A stretch of DNA of 63,189 bases, filler included, from Chiloscyllium plagiosum (taxonomy: Eukaryota), in NCBI RefSeq assembly GCF_004010195.1. It is 3 parts of one record of this genome, joined end to end, with 100 filler letters (N's around TTAATTAATTAA, not from the genome) between each part and the next. Parts side by side here need not be neighbours in the genome. Positions count along the whole stretch, not along the records: positions 53,347 to 63,189 come from NC_057714.1; 2 more parts are not named here. One strand, 5' to 3'. Under the pieces are notes generated by a model. That model ran no database searches and was not told the DNA's origin. It saw nothing but the letters and a program-made list of their open reading frames with translations. Position numbers and translations under genes: made by a program. This document shows positions 61,001 through 63,189 of the stretch, piece after piece (the stretch's first letter is position 1; the number at the start of each line of letters is the position of its first letter).

Positions 61001-62299
61001 CCGGTCTTGCACATAGCTTATCTTTTAATTCTGAGGAAAAGTCATCACTTTTCCCTCTCCACAGATGTTACTTGACCTGCTGAGCACTTCCAGCATTCTC
61101 TGCTTTTTTCCACTTTAGACAATTAATTCCCTGACACCCAAATTTCCAGTGAATCTGTCCAGTTCCCACTGAGAATTGAAGAGAACAGGACTCACTGAGA
61201 TAACTGCTGAAACAATAGCAAATTCCATTGTCATTATAGAGCTATTCAGCCGTTCAAGTGTTAATGTAGCTTCATACAAGGAGTCCAGATTTTGACAAAA
61301 CAAATATGAGTACGTAAATTGACTATTCTGCCTTATGGTCTTATTTTTGATTTTTGATACATTTGACTACAGACAGTTCTGAGTTTTATGAGAGGTGGCT
61401 CCAAAGGAATAATTGGAGGTGAGGTCTCCTAACACTTTTCCTGAGGTCAATAAGCCTACACGTCTTCTATCCTCATTATAACAACCCTTGGGAATCAACC
61501 ATAGTGTGTATTTTACAATATACTCATATCAATGGAATGTAAATGCTCGAACAATAACAGTGAAGTCTACAAGTCCAACCCTTTTAACCATGGCTATGTT
61601 TAATTCTGTGATGCAAGCTCATACAACATAAATAATTATATTTAATCTGCAAACTGTTCTTCATCTAATTTGCCTCACTTCTTTTGACTGGACATATACT
61701 GGGGCTCAGCTCTTAGTTCATGGAAAGATAACTCACTTAACACATTAACTTGTCCTTATCTCTTATCTTCTGCTAATAGATTTGTGACCCTTCCAAGCAA
61801 ATATACATATTTGTTTAAAATGTCCAGTATTTTCAATTGTATTTCTTTTTATCTCTTTTTCCTTTTAAATATGTTTATCAAATATTTGGCACCTGGTTTT
61901 ACACTGCTTTGAAACATTTTCTTTGATTTTGGTGTATCAATGTGAAATTGTTTAGTAGATTGTGCATTTTACAAGATTCTTTCCTGCTCAGTGACAGAAT
62001 AAACTTTTGTTGTTTAATTGATTCTAAAGAAACTGACTCCATTTAATTCAGGCCTGTGTTCACTTTTCTTCATACAGATTTCTTTGCACTGCATAAATAT
62101 TTGGAGAATTCCTCTTTCCATCTCTGTTCCTGTTTCTGTTTCTGAGGTGGATATTGTTTTATTGAATTGAACACTTTAGTTACTGAGAAGCCTGTTCCAG
62201 CGAATTGGGTCGTGTATCAGTCTAAGCTGTTACATAGGTCAAACACCCCAGCAAAAATGATCAATATAAACATTTCTCATCAGATGCCCACACTTACAG

Positions 62300-63189
62300 T
62301 TATAGAACATTACAGCGCAGTACAGGCCCTTCAGCCCTCGATGCTGCACCGATGAGTCATACCAATCTTAAACCCATCTAACCTACACTATTCCATGTAC
62401 GTCCATTTGCTTGTCCAATGACGACTTAAAGTTGGCGAATCTACTACTGTTGCAGGCAAAGCATTCCATACCCTACTACTCTCTGAGTAAAGAAACTACC
62501 TCTGACATCTGTCCTATATCTATCACCCCTCAATTTAAAGCTATGCCCCCTTGTGCTCGCCATCACCATACTTGGAAAAAGGCTCTCCCTGTCCACCCTA
62601 TCTAACCCTCTGATTATCTTATATGTCTCTATTAAGTCACCTGTCAACCTTCTTCTCTCCAACGAAAACAGCCTCAAGTCCCTCAGCCTTTCCTCGTAAG
62701 ACCTTCCCTCATACCAGGCAGCATCCTAGTAAATCTCCTCTGCACCATTTCCAAAGCTTCCACATGCAGTGATCAGAACTGTACACAATACTCCAAGTGC
62801 GGCCGCACCAGAGTTTTGTATAGGTGTAGCATAACTTCATGGTTCTGGAACTCAGTTCCTCTATTAATAAAAGCTAAAACATTGTATGCTTTCTTAACAA
62901 CCCTGTCAACCTGGGTGGCAACTTTCAAGGATCTGTGTACCTGGACACAGAGATCTCTCTGCTCATCTACACTACCAAGAATATTACCATTAGCCCAGTG
63001 CTTTGCATTCAGGTAACTCCGACCAAAGTGAATCACCTCACACTTGTCCTCATTAAACTCCATTTGCCACCTCTCAGCCCAGCTCTGCAGCTTATTATGT
63101 CTCTCCTGTAACCGACAACATCCTTCGTCACTATCCACCACTCTTACGACATTAGTGTCGTCTGCAAATTTACTAACCCACCCTTCTAC
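62300..63189 (-). mobile_element. CR1 fragment running off the window edge
   Basis: ORFs WAERWQMEFN...RPHLEYCVQF and RRLTGDLIETYKI. Confidence 0.93.

Overview
Eukaryotic genomic DNA from a cartilaginous fish; the CR1, HE1/V-SINE and Penelope-derived repeats look like those of bamboo or epaulette sharks (inference). Two genes point away from each other. (1) A TTC21A-like IFT-A (IFT139) gene on the minus strand: seven consecutive coding exons (equivalent to human exons 3-9; 111, 167, 123, 158, 85, 99 and 193 bp) with GT-AG junctions and a continuous frame. Exons 1-2 were not found. (2) The start of a voltage-gated sodium channel alpha subunit (SCN5A-like) on the plus strand: the first two coding exons, followed by the conserved U12-type AT-AC intron. 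Between the genes are a 100-bp artificial scaffold spacer and an ~11-kb 24/28-bp satellite. The satellite appears to derive from a Deu-SINE motif and contains captured copies of a 569-bp flanking cassette. Most of the remainder is CR1/L2 LINEs, SINEs, a solo LTR, and many short Penelope-derived elements, often inverted repeats, with 10-14-bp target-site duplications. Several of these carry intact minimal hammerhead ribozyme cores, including sense-strand copies in a sodium-channel intron. Most ORFs in the supplied track are LINE fragments or satellite read-through.
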